Positions 28,806-38,621 of a DNA stretch of 64,000 nucleotides are shown in pieces. Position numbers and translations under genes: made by a program. The stretch comes from Candidatus Enterousia sp. (GTDB lineage: Bacteria; Pseudomonadota; Alphaproteobacteria; Rs-D84): positions 6,786 to 70,785 of the forward strand of contig JAZTWM010000015.1 of assembly GCA_045635825.1 (NCBI GenBank), read 5' to 3'. Each line of letters starts with the position of its first letter. The stretch's first letter is position 1. Below the pieces are notes generated by a model. That model saw only the letters and a list, made by a program, of their open reading frames with translations. It was not told where the DNA came from and made no database searches.

Positions 28806-29042
28806 TTCGCCCCTTGACAAACATTAACCAAACCTAGACGCAAAAACTCTATTAAACATATCCGTTTTTGCAGGTTTGCTAATTGTTTGTCTGCGTATTC
28901 GCCATGCGTGCCTGCGGGCGATACCCACGAAAACTGCGTTTTCATATGGTGCATGTGCACCAATAACGGCACTCTGGCGCATCCGGTTGGGACTGCTGTT
29001 TCAAAATAAAAAAATCGGGTATAAAACCCGATTTGTTTATTT

Positions 29043-29118
29043 TGGCAGCCCCAACCGGATTCGAACCGGTGTTCTCGCCTTGAAAGGGCGGTGTCCTAGG
29101 CCTCTAGACGATGGGGCC
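29043..29118 (-). tRNA. tRNA-Glu (anticodon UUC)
   Basis: Reverse complement GGCCCCATCGTCTAGAGGCCTAGGACACCGCCCTTTCAAGGCGAG...GGTTCGAATCCGGTTGGGGCTGCCA. Close to the classical tRNA-Glu sequence. Confidence 0.85.
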
Positions 29119-29192
29119 AAAACTGCCATATTCTGTCGAATGCTGGCCAATTATACATTGTATATCTGCCATTGTCAAGCAAATATATATTT

Positions 29193-29630
29193 TTATTCTG
29201 CAACAACTTCACCGGTTGTTTCAGCAACGGTACCATCTGGCAGTTCTTCAACCTGGGTAAAGATAATTTCTTTGCCGTCTGTTGCAATCAATGTCAATTT
29301 ACCGTCCGCCAATTCATAGCGTTCAACCGTTGGCATAAATTCAAAGTATTCTTGTTCGGTTTCCATTGCCTCAGGCGAACCCATCATCATTGTTGATGCA
29401 AAGCCTTCGAATTTAATATTGTCGCCTTTGGCGGCATAACCACCGTTATAACGGTTTACAACACCACCATATACACGCATTTCAACCGGATCAAATGTCA
29501 GGGTGATATCTGCACCAGGTTGGGCGGACACAAAGTTTGTACCCTTTAACATATCTGGGTTTGCACCGTTATCACCACATGCACATAATGTCAATGCACA
29601 TACACCAGCCATAAACAATTTTAATTTCAT
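29193..29630 (-). CDS. META-domain (HslJ-like) lipoprotein
   Basis: Lipobox LTLCACG. ITLTFD...RVYGG.VNRYNGGY pattern of META domains. Confidence 0.6.
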   Translation of the reverse strand: MKLKLFMAGVCALTLCACGDNGANPDMLKGTNFVSAQPGADITLTFDPVEMRVYGGVVNRYNGGYAAKGDNIKFEGFASTMMMGSPEAMETEQEYFEFMPTVERYELADGKLTLIATDGKEIIFTQVEELPDGTVAETTGEVVAE

Positions 29631-29726
29631 TTCCTGTCCTTTTTGTTTGTATTAGATATTTTTATTATAACGATTTATTTTCAATAATAAATAAGAAAAT
29701 CCCCCCATAGTCTGGAGGGAATGTTC

Positions 29727-31709
29727 TTACCATAACTTTACACGTTCGCCCGGTAATATGTACAAGGCATCATCAGGCCCGATACCAAACGCATCATACC
29801 ATGCGTTGATATGTGGCAAGATTCCGTTCACGCGATTTTTCCCCAAGGAATGTTCATCAACCTTGGTCAGACGCAATTCTTCATCTGGGCGGATATTCTG
29901 GGCCCATGCACCAGAATATGCGATAAAGAAGCGACGATCCGCACTGATATTTTCGCCATCATTTGTTTGTGTGCCAAAGTTTTTATATGCATCAAATGCG
30001 ATTGTAACACCACCGTAATCTGCCAAGTTTTCACCCAATGTAAACTCGCCATTGGCATTGACTTCGTCATTGATTTTAATTGTGTTAAAGAAGTCACGCA
30101 TTACATTTGCACGCGCGGTAAAACCGTCTGCATCGGCCGGTGTCCACCAATCACGCATATTACCATCTGCGTCAAAATGACGCCCAGAATCATCAAAGCC
30201 ATGTGTCATTTCATGACCAATAACCGCACCGATTGCACCATAGTTAAATGCATCATCCGCAGACATATCAAAGAAAGGATACTGCAATATACCCGCAGGG
30301 AAACAAATTTCATTTGTTGATGGATCATAGTATGCATTAACCTCGTGTGCGTTCATGTACCAGATGGTTGGATCTTTTTTCTGACCGATTTTTTCCAACC
30401 AGAATGCGTCTTCGAATTTAGAGACACGTACCATATTTTCCCACAAAGAATCATTGCGGATTTCCAGCGCAGAATAATCACGCCATTTATCAGGGTACCC
30501 AATCTTGGCACGAAAAGTTGATAATTTATGAAGTGCCTTGTCACGTGTGGCATCGGTCATCCAATCCAGATTTTCAATACGCATTGCATAGGCACGTTGC
30601 AGATTCTTGACCAGCGTTTGCATGCGTTCTTTGGCATCGGCAGAAAAGTATTTTTCAACATACAGACGACCGATTTCTTCGCCCAATGAATCATCCAACA
30701 TTGATACCGCACGTTTCCAGCGTGGCTTTGGTTCTTTCTGGCCCGCCATTGTACGATTGTAAAAATCAAATGCAATATCATATGTTTTATCGTCCAAAAC
30801 ACTGGATGCAGACAAGACAATACGGTATTTTAAGTATGTCTTAATCAATTCAAAATCTGTGTCATTCATGATTGCGATTGATTCTGTAATCGCTTCTGGT
30901 TGGGCGATATTTATAAACTTGGCTGCAGATGCACCACGTTCGGCCAAAAATACAGCCCAATCAAAACCTGGAAATGTATCTTGGATTTGTTCAACACTCA
31001 TTTTATGATAATTCGCATGTGGGTCACGCAATTTTTCTTTTGGATAGAAAGATTTTGCCATACGTTCTTCCAATGCATAAAGTTTTTCAACATCAACCGC
31101 AATACCAAAGTTTGACATTTGCTGTTTCATAAAATCACGATATTTTTCACGAACCTGAACCGTCTTGGCATCGGTGTCAAAATAGTAGTCACGTGATAGC
31201 CCCAGACCACCCTGGCCAATATTGTATAGGTAATGTTCGCTGTCCATTTCGTCCAAGGCAACGCCATCACCAAAGAAAGCAGAAGAAAAGGTATGCATAC
31301 GCCCCAAATATTTTTCCAAATCTGCACGTGTCAGGGTATCTATTTCAGCCAACAATGGGGCAACAGGCGACACGCCATCGGCATTTAACTTGTCCGCATC
31401 CATCGCAATTTTATACAACATACCAATTTTACCAGAATCACCCTGGGCAATATCACGTGTGCGTTCCAGGTTTGTGTTACGCAAAACCTCAAATGCACCA
31501 TAGCGCGAATAATCATCTGGAATTGGATTACGTGCCATCCAGCCACCATTTGCATAGGCAAAAAAATCGTCACCAGGTTTTACAGACATATCCATATTTT
31601 CAAGTTTAATGCCAGCCATTACTACTTTCTCCTTTGTATAAAAATGCGCCCAACACAATGTGGCACCAACCGCCACAATACCAATCAGATTCCAGAACTT
31701 ACTTTCCAT
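29727..31709 (-). CDS. M13 family zinc metallopeptidase (PepO/neprilysin-like)
   Basis: HEMTHGFDD (HExxH) and GENLADYGG (GENIAD motif). N-terminal signal anchor. Confidence 0.85.
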   Translation of the reverse strand: MESKFWNLIGIVAVGATLCWAHFYTKEKVVMAGIKLENMDMSVKPGDDFFAYANGGWMARNPIPDDYSRYGAFEVLRNTNLERTRDIAQGDSGKIGMLYKIAMDADKLNADGVSPVAPLLAEIDTLTRADLEKYLGRMHTFSSAFFGDGVALDEMDSEHYLYNIGQGGLGLSRDYYFDTDAKTVQVREKYRDFMKQQMSNFGIAVDVEKLYALEERMAKSFYPKEKLRDPHANYHKMSVEQIQDTFPGFDWAVFLAERGASAAKFINIAQPEAITESIAIMNDTDFELIKTYLKYRIVLSASSVLDDKTYDIAFDFYNRTMAGQKEPKPRWKRAVSMLDDSLGEEIGRLYVEKYFSADAKERMQTLVKNLQRAYAMRIENLDWMTDATRDKALHKLSTFRAKIGYPDKWRDYSALEIRNDSLWENMVRVSKFEDAFWLEKIGQKKDPTIWYMNAHEVNAYYDPSTNEICFPAGILQYPFFDMSADDAFNYGAIGAVIGHEMTHGFDDSGRHFDADGNMRDWWTPADADGFTARANVMRDFFNTIKINDEVNANGEFTLGENLADYGGVTIAFDAYKNFGTQTNDGENISADRRFFIAYSGAWAQNIRPDEELRLTKVDEHSLGKNRVNGILPHINAWYDAFGIGPDDALYILPGERVKLW

Positions 31710-31710
31710 T

Positions 31711-32769
31711 TCATTTCACCAGATTTAATGTTACATCATCTAAAATCAACATGCCCGATGGTGTTGCAGAGATTCTATTCCCTTGTATTTGTACCAAATC
31801 AGGATGCGACCCGACCCAGTCCATATCAATAACCTTTTTTACGCCGTCTGTCAACAGGCATCCTTGCAATGTCCGCAAACCCGTTAAAATCAGTTCAACA
31901 GCACGTGCATCGTCCGTCATTGCTTCAAACATGGCCCCAGCACCAGATTGCTCATACCAGGTATCGTTAAGATATATACGCCCTGCCCCACCTGTACCAA
32001 TACCAATATAAGGGGCACCATCCCAAATATTTTGATTGTGCCGACATTCATGACCGGGGGTGGCGTAATTTGAAACCTCGTACCGGGGTAATAACAAAGT
32101 GTCACCAATCGCAACATACATCTGGGCCATCGTATCATTATCAGGCATCGATAAGTTCATCTTGCCAAAGGGAGTATCTGGCTCTATCGTCAATTCGTAC
32201 ATAGAACAATGGGACAAGCCCAACCGATTAATCCCATGGCACAACTGAACCACATCTTCAAGTGTATCGTTTGGCAGACCATATATAAAATCGGCAGACA
32301 CACGAATGTTAGAGGCGTGTGCCGCATCCAATAGAGCAAGTGCATCAGCCACACTGTGACGGCGTCCCAAAAAACGCAAACGATTATCATCCAGACTTTG
32401 TACACCAACCGACAAACGTGTTATGCCAGCAGAAATAAAATCATGCAACTTTTGTTCAGTTAATGTCCCAGGGTTTGATTCCAATGTTATTTCAGCATTT
32501 GCATCCAATTCAAATTTGGTGCGAATAGTGTTCATTATCCTGTCAAAACACCAAACCGGCATCAAGGATGGCGTGCCACCACCAAAAAAAACAGTCGGCA
32601 CAGCAATTCGCCCCAAGATATTACCCCAATGCGTTAATTCACCACAAATATCCGCACAATACTTTTCCCAATCAGGCGAAGCACAGGCCTGCGAGAAAAA
32701 TGCACAATAATTGCATCGTGACATACAAAATGGTACATGTATGTAAATATTATGGGGTACGCTGTTCAT
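31711..32769 (-). CDS. hemW: Radical-SAM HemW/HemN-like protein
   Basis: HVPFCMSRCNYCAF (CxxxCxxC radical-SAM cluster motif) at the N-terminus. Confidence 0.8.
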   Translation of the reverse strand: MNSVPHNIYIHVPFCMSRCNYCAFFSQACASPDWEKYCADICGELTHWGNILGRIAVPTVFFGGGTPSLMPVWCFDRIMNTIRTKFELDANAEITLESNPGTLTEQKLHDFISAGITRLSVGVQSLDDNRLRFLGRRHSVADALALLDAAHASNIRVSADFIYGLPNDTLEDVVQLCHGINRLGLSHCSMYELTIEPDTPFGKMNLSMPDNDTMAQMYVAIGDTLLLPRYEVSNYATPGHECRHNQNIWDGAPYIGIGTGGAGRIYLNDTWYEQSGAGAMFEAMTDDARAVELILTGLRTLQGCLLTDGVKKVIDMDWVGSHPDLVQIQGNRISATPSGMLILDDVTLNLVK

Positions 32770-32870
32770 TTGATAGTCATTCTACAACCTGATTTTGTTC
32801 ATGCAAGCACTAAATGAAAATACTTTTATATAAGCCAAAAATATGTTATAATGTGTCAGACAAAGTTAAA

Positions 32871-34388
32871 ATGAAGGCAGGGATTATTTCATTTTTATCG
32901 GTGATTGCTGCACCAATCGTTGCGCTTTCTGCGAACGAAGGGGTGCCGTCTTATTATCAAAACGCACCATCACAAAATGCAAATCAATCCGCATATCAGC
33001 AGTATGCCAGACAGGGGTACACAAAATATGTGGGGCAATCTGGTTCTAAGCAGGTGGTTGGATCACGCACATATTCATACCAGGTGCCAAAGCCACAGCC
33101 ATTGCCAACAATTATGGGCACAATGACCCCAAATGGGATTGCATTACCCGCCGAGGCAGAACCTGCAACATACATGTATGCGGGATATTCACGCAGATTT
33201 TCAGACTTTGAATTCAAGACGGGCGTAAACTCTATTCTGGAATGGGACGACATGGTCTGGAATGAAATTCGTGTTGGTGCCCGCCATAATTTTAGTTTAC
33301 GTGATTTCGATTTGTCCGTTTATGGTGAATATGCATATGGCAAAATGTCACATGGGGGTCTGTCCATGGACTATGACCTGGAACCATTCGATTCATCCGA
33401 CCCAACATATGGTATATTTACAATTTCAACAGGCGAACAATCTGGTCGTAGCAACAATTTCCGTTTTGGTATTTCTGCACGTCATATTTGGGATATAGGC
33501 GGTTGGAAATTATCACCAACATTTGGATATGAAATCTTTAAGCACAACCTGCAAATGTCAGATCATTACTATCCAAATCCAGGGGTGTATTTGCCACTGA
33601 TGACAGATCATGGCGAATATGTATATGGTAATGAATTGGGCGAATATTTTGCAGTTGCCCCAGGGATGGAGGCACCAGAAGACTGGTACCAGGTTTGCAT
33701 GTCACCAGAAGACATAAAGATTGTCACGAACACAGAAACAGGATATAACGGTGCCTTCCCTATTTTGGGCGATTCTTTGATGACGGGCGACTATGAAATC
33801 ACAATGGGCGAGATTCCATGGGGTGTTGGACCAGGCGAATGTGTTATCATTGGCGGTGACGGTCCTGTTATTGTTGGGGGTACAACACACATTTATAACA
33901 CAACATGGTCAGGTTTTTACGTTGGTCTGGAAATTGAAAAACAGATGACCCTGAAAGATAAGTTACGCATGTACGTCCAGGTTGGAATGCCCAAATATTC
34001 ATCCGAAGGTATTTGGCCAAATCGTACAGACTGGCAACAAAATCCAAGTTTCTTGGACGAAGGCAGTAATGGGGCGTTCTCGTACACAGCCGAGATGGAA
34101 TATAACTATAAAATGTCAGACAGATTACAATTGTCATTAAAGATTGATACAAACATGTTCCATGTTGGAAACATTCCGGGTGAATTATACATCGCTGAAT
34201 ATACCGACTATGTAATTGATGAAAACGGTCAATATGTTATGGAAGAGATGTATGACGAGTTTGGCAATGTTTATTATGTACCACTGCTGGAAACAGTGCC
34301 AGCACACACAGAACATGTTAGCGATTCTTTGAAACGTGCAACATGGCAGTCTTTTGGTTTGCACCTGGGATTCAAATACGCATTTTAA
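32871..34388 (+). CDS. Outer-membrane beta-barrel protein, unknown function
   Basis: Signal peptide MKAGIISFLSVIAAPIVALSA. C-terminus ...GFKYAF. Start chosen downstream of a TATAAT-like box inside the listed ORF. Confidence 0.5.
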   Translation: MKAGIISFLSVIAAPIVALSANEGVPSYYQNAPSQNANQSAYQQYARQGYTKYVGQSGSKQVVGSRTYSYQVPKPQPLPTIMGTMTPNGIALPAEAEPATYMYAGYSRRFSDFEFKTGVNSILEWDDMVWNEIRVGARHNFSLRDFDLSVYGEYAYGKMSHGGLSMDYDLEPFDSSDPTYGIFTISTGEQSGRSNNFRFGISARHIWDIGGWKLSPTFGYEIFKHNLQMSDHYYPNPGVYLPLMTDHGEYVYGNELGEYFAVAPGMEAPEDWYQVCMSPEDIKIVTNTETGYNGAFPILGDSLMTGDYEITMGEIPWGVGPGECVIIGGDGPVIVGGTTHIYNTTWSGFYVGLEIEKQMTLKDKLRMYVQVGMPKYSSEGIWPNRTDWQQNPSFLDEGSNGAFSYTAEMEYNYKMSDRLQLSLKIDTNMFHVGNIPGELYIAEYTDYVIDENGQYVMEEMYDEFGNVYYVPLLETVPAHTEHVSDSLKRATWQSFGLHLGFKYAF

Positions 34389-34418
34389 TATCATCACATA
34401 ACCACAAGAGGTTAACAA

Positions 34419-35537
34419 ATGTCAAAATTGGCACGTTGGATTTTTGCCAGTATAGTTTGTATCCCTGTCTATGCACACGCAGATCGTGGCGTGTTTGATA
34501 TGAACAGATGGGAAAATATGCAAAATACAATTCGCGAACGTGCCACAGCAGCAAATATTTCACAGACCGTTATAGATAACACCCTGCGAAATATGGCATT
34601 GATTCCTTCTATTATAAAAAGCGATGCAAATCAATCTGAGTTCAAGTTGACACTGGATGAATATCTGGATAAAACGGTCAACCAAACACGCATTACACAG
34701 GGTAAAAAAATGCGTATGCGGTACCCAACACTATTGTCACGTGTCGAAAAAAATTATGGCATTCCACCACATGTTATGTTGGCATTTTGGGGGATGGAAT
34801 CAAACTATGGCGCAGTCAAGGCCAGACATCAATTGACACACGCATTCTTTACACTGATGTACGAAGGACGTCGCGAAACATTTTTTGGCAACCAACTGTT
34901 AGCCCTGATGAAAATCGCCGACAAAAACAAGTTAGATATCAATTCTATCCATGGCTCATGGGCAGGTGCAATGGGGCACTTTCAATTTATTCCAACAACG
35001 TTGGCACAGTATGGTGCAGACGGCAACGGCGACAAAAGAATAGATATTATAAACAATATCACAGATGCCATGTTTAGTGCTGGAAACTATCTAAATAAAC
35101 TGGGCTGGAATAAAAATGAAAAAATTGTACGCCAGGTTATATTACCCGGGGACTTTGATATTACAATGCTGGACGGAAAGACGAAACTGACCCTGCCACA
35201 GTGGGCGGCACTGGGGGTCACAAATCCAGATGGTACACCAATACCACAAAGGGAAATAGAGGCAGGATTGGTTGCAGATGTTGCGTCAATTAACGCAGAA
35301 CGGGAAGCCATACGTCAAGCAACGATTGAAGCAGCCCATCAGGCGGCAATGGCCGAGTCTGCAACATATGCAGATCCAACGCTTCAAGAACCATCATACG
35401 AAGCAGATACAGACATTGCACCATTACCAGTTATTACTGCATATTTGACATATCCAAACTTTTATAGAATCAAAAAGTGGAATAATTCAAATTGGTATGC
35501 GATCGCTATTGCAGAACTGGCCGACCAATTGCACTAG
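34419..35537 (+). CDS. mltB: Lytic murein transglycosylase (MltB/SLT_2-type)
   Basis: Signal peptide. LAFWGMESNYG catalytic-region motif. Confidence 0.75.
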   Translation: MSKLARWIFASIVCIPVYAHADRGVFDMNRWENMQNTIRERATAANISQTVIDNTLRNMALIPSIIKSDANQSEFKLTLDEYLDKTVNQTRITQGKKMRMRYPTLLSRVEKNYGIPPHVMLAFWGMESNYGAVKARHQLTHAFFTLMYEGRRETFFGNQLLALMKIADKNKLDINSIHGSWAGAMGHFQFIPTTLAQYGADGNGDKRIDIINNITDAMFSAGNYLNKLGWNKNEKIVRQVILPGDFDITMLDGKTKLTLPQWAALGVTNPDGTPIPQREIEAGLVADVASINAEREAIRQATIEAAHQAAMAESATYADPTLQEPSYEADTDIAPLPVITAYLTYPNFYRIKKWNNSNWYAIAIAELADQLH

Positions 35538-36424
35538 TGCCGAATGACGTACTTGGTTTTCAACAGTACAATTTTGCCAAACAAATAAATCTTTTTTACG
35601 CCCTGACGTTGGGCTATTTTTAAAAATGGAATAAAGCCCAGCAGTTTAATCCAACGTGTTCGGGGTTGATATGCACGTTGTATTTGCCCCTTCCATTCAT
35701 CATAGTATATTGGGTATTTGGTTCGCGCACGCTCTATCATTATTGGCAGAATATCGTACATACGCTGGAATGTTCGTGTGGTTGTATTTTCACCATGCCA
35801 GACATATTTTAATACAATGTCTGGGACATTATGAAAACATGTATAATCTATTAAATCCAACCATAATGCATGGTCTTCGCATGGCGTCCATTTTTCATCA
35901 TAACGAATATTATTATCACGCAAAACAAATGCACGTATCATTGACGCAGGGTGGTTTGGCGTGCATACATAAGGTTCATTTATCAGCGATAATTTTATAT
36001 CATGATCATTTTCTGGATAGTTTGTTTTAGAGATAACCTGACCTGCACGCAACTCTAACATATTGCCGCCAACAACGCCAACGTGGGGATTAGCATCTAA
36101 GAACGCCACCTGCACAGCGAAACGTGTCGGCATTGAAATATCATCATGGTCCACCACCGCCAAATACTGGCCACATGCCATGTCTATCAATTTATTACGG
36201 GATTTTGTAATTCCCAGATTACTTTCGTTTTCCATGTAATGAATACGCATATCATCGTATGATAAAACAATGTCACGTATGTCGGTATTATCAGGGCTGT
36301 CGTTTAGCAACAAAAATTCAAAATCAGTATATGTTTGATTCAAAATACTTTCTATCATTGCCCGTAATGCATCAGGTGGCGTGTTATACAAAGGGGTTAA
36401 AACAGATATTTTTGGTGCGGTCAT
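35534..36424 (-). CDS. Family-2 glycosyltransferase
   Basis: ISVLTPLYNT...YTDFEFLLLNDSP...DHDD (GT2 DxD-type core). ATGA overlap with the upstream GT1 gene. Confidence 0.8.
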   Translation of the reverse strand: MTAPKISVLTPLYNTPPDALRAMIESILNQTYTDFEFLLLNDSPDNTDIRDIVLSYDDMRIHYMENESNLGITKSRNKLIDMACGQYLAVVDHDDISMPTRFAVQVAFLDANPHVGVVGGNMLELRAGQVISKTNYPENDHDIKLSLINEPYVCTPNHPASMIRAFVLRDNNIRYDEKWTPCEDHALWLDLIDYTCFHNVPDIVLKYVWHGENTTTRTFQRMYDILPIMIERARTKYPIYYDEWKGQIQRAYQPRTRWIKLLGFIPFLKIAQRQGVKKIYLFGKIVLLKTKYVIRH

Positions 36425-37635
36425 TTTGATTTCCTGTGTTTATATACAAAGTTAATGATTTCATTTAGGTTTTTCTGGGGTGCAATATCATCCAGAATCA
36501 AGCCATGTTCATATGTTGAAACACGTTCGGCCGGTGCACCCATGTTATAACACGCAACCGGCAACCCCATAGACATCGCTTCGGATGTGGTGTATGAAAA
36601 TGTTTCTGGCCAAATAGATGGTATCAGCACAACATCCACCTGATATCGTGACATTATGCGCGGCAAGTTATGTGGACGATATGGTCCATGCACATGTATA
36701 TTTTCGGGAGCATTTTTCATATTCCCAATAACAAAAATATGTACATTTGGTGGCAAATGGGCAGACATTTCTGTAATAACGCCTGCACCCTTTTGATATG
36801 ACATGTTACCCAGGACCGCAATATTTATATCTGTGTGTGGGCGAACACTGACACGTGGATAGGCACGTACCTGATGCGGAATAATTTTGATTTTATGTGC
36901 AACAGATGGGTACGCACGTGAAAATATTTTCTGAATAGCAGGCGAAAATAATATAATCTCATCAACTGTATTTTCAAAGAAATCACCCCATGATTGACGC
37001 CATTGTGCAATCGATTGGACACCAGACCGAAATGCAATATTATCTTTTGTGCGTGGCGACATTATGCGATGTTTCCAGCAATACTCGCACCCACGATGAT
37101 AAGATAAGTCGCAATAAACATTGTCACAATTCATCAAATTAAAACTGGGGCAAACACCATAAAAGTCATGCCCACGAAAAGAAACTGTTGGGACAATTGG
37201 TAGCGTCTGCTTCAAATGACTTATAACCTGCAATACCGCAGGAGCATCAGCATATATCACCAGATTATTGACAACGATTTCATGTACAGATATCGTGCGA
37301 CAAAATGTTGTAAACATGGTCAAATCTGGTATTTGCCACAAAGCATCACGATTACGTGGATTGGTCAATTTAAACCCACCTAATTTACCAGGGTAATACT
37401 GAATACGAATAACATCATACCTGTCACGCAAATCTGCAAATTGACGGCGTGAATATGTTTCTGTACCACCACCCAATGCATGATCAAACCAGATAATCAC
37501 AGGTCGCCCGGTCAGGTAACGACGAAAAAATCTTGCATGATTAAAATGCTGACGCAGCATATGACGTGCATGACGACGCAGGCGTGGAAATGGAATCATA
37601 CAGCAAACAATATTTACAAAAAAACGAATTGGCAT
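36421..37635 (-). CDS. Family-1 (GT4-like) glycosyltransferase
   Basis: C-terminal ...SEAMSMGLPVACYNMGAPAERV... (GT-B E-x7-E region). Start trimmed to MPIRFF, 5 nt after the upstream GT2 stop. Confidence 0.7.
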   Translation of the reverse strand: MPIRFFVNIVCCMIPFPRLRRHARHMLRQHFNHARFFRRYLTGRPVIIWFDHALGGGTETYSRRQFADLRDRYDVIRIQYYPGKLGGFKLTNPRNRDALWQIPDLTMFTTFCRTISVHEIVVNNLVIYADAPAVLQVISHLKQTLPIVPTVSFRGHDFYGVCPSFNLMNCDNVYCDLSYHRGCEYCWKHRIMSPRTKDNIAFRSGVQSIAQWRQSWGDFFENTVDEIILFSPAIQKIFSRAYPSVAHKIKIIPHQVRAYPRVSVRPHTDINIAVLGNMSYQKGAGVITEMSAHLPPNVHIFVIGNMKNAPENIHVHGPYRPHNLPRIMSRYQVDVVLIPSIWPETFSYTTSEAMSMGLPVACYNMGAPAERVSTYEHGLILDDIAPQKNLNEIINFVYKHRKSK

Positions 37636-37640
37636 TTTAT

Positions 37641-38522
37641 TTAATCTTTTATCTTGATTAGCGGAATAAAATCGAACAATAAAACCCAATGATTTTTTAT
37701 CTTTATCAAAGGGATTTTCCCAAATAAACGCAGACGAACACGACGCACACAACGTTCAAAAGCCATGCGGTACATTGGATACTGATTACAGATTTGAATC
37801 TTGATTGATTCATGGGCATTCGCCATTTTTGAACGCATTTTTGAAGATGTATTTCCAGATACACAGCGGTATTCAACCAATACTGATTGCAGATTATGAA
37901 AGTTTGTACAGGCCATCAAACGACCAAACAAACGATAATCTTCGGCAGGAGAATATTCGTCTTCGTAACGGATATTATTTTCTATTAAAACAGATTTTCG
38001 TATCATACAGGACGTATGCATAATTGCACATACGTCTGTCAGGCGAATCTTGATATCTGTATCATTTTCTGGATTGCGGCGCACAAAGTCACGATTCCCA
38101 AACCAATGTGCCCACGAACCGACAACACCAACATATGGATTTTCATCCAGATACTTTACCTGTTGTGCCAAACGTGTTGGATGCGAAATATCATCATGAT
38201 CAAATATCGCCAGATACTGTCCACACGCCAAATCCAACAACTTATTTCGTGATGCGGATATTCCTATATTATGCTTGTTTTCAACGTAGCGAATACGTGA
38301 ATCTTGGTATAACTTTACAATCTTTTCTAATTCTTTGTTTTCAGGACTGTCATTCAATATAACAAACTCAAAATCCGTATATGTTTGGGATAAGATAGAT
38401 TCTATGCATTCACGCAAATAATCTGGATTTGTGTTATATATGGGCGTTAAAACAGATACACGTGGCAATACCATCCCCTTTTGTGATAGGCATAAGATAC
38501 ACATGTGTTTTGATTTTTGCAC
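37641..38522 (-). CDS. Family-2 glycosyltransferase, paralog of 35534-36424
   Basis: VSVLTPIYNT...YTDFEFVILNDSP...DHDD. About half of residues identical to the other GT2 over the N-terminal domain. Confidence 0.8.
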   Translation of the reverse strand: MQKSKHMCILCLSQKGMVLPRVSVLTPIYNTNPDYLRECIESILSQTYTDFEFVILNDSPENKELEKIVKLYQDSRIRYVENKHNIGISASRNKLLDLACGQYLAIFDHDDISHPTRLAQQVKYLDENPYVGVVGSWAHWFGNRDFVRRNPENDTDIKIRLTDVCAIMHTSCMIRKSVLIENNIRYEDEYSPAEDYRLFGRLMACTNFHNLQSVLVEYRCVSGNTSSKMRSKMANAHESIKIQICNQYPMYRMAFERCVRRVRLRLFGKIPLIKIKNHWVLLFDFIPLIKIKD

Positions 38523-38621
38523 TAGGACAATATTCTTTTGAGCATATACACAATAAAATCATTGAATGTTGTGCGTTTGTTTGCTATTCTGTAGGCCATA
38601 TAGGTATATAAGGAATGATTT

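Noticed and set aside
28806-29038. Assignment of the GC-rich spacer to SRP RNA, 6S RNA or tmRNA
   Set aside because: It is too short for tmRNA or RNase P. No conserved SRP domain IV-like GGAA/AGCA motif was spotted. Left as an unassigned candidate.
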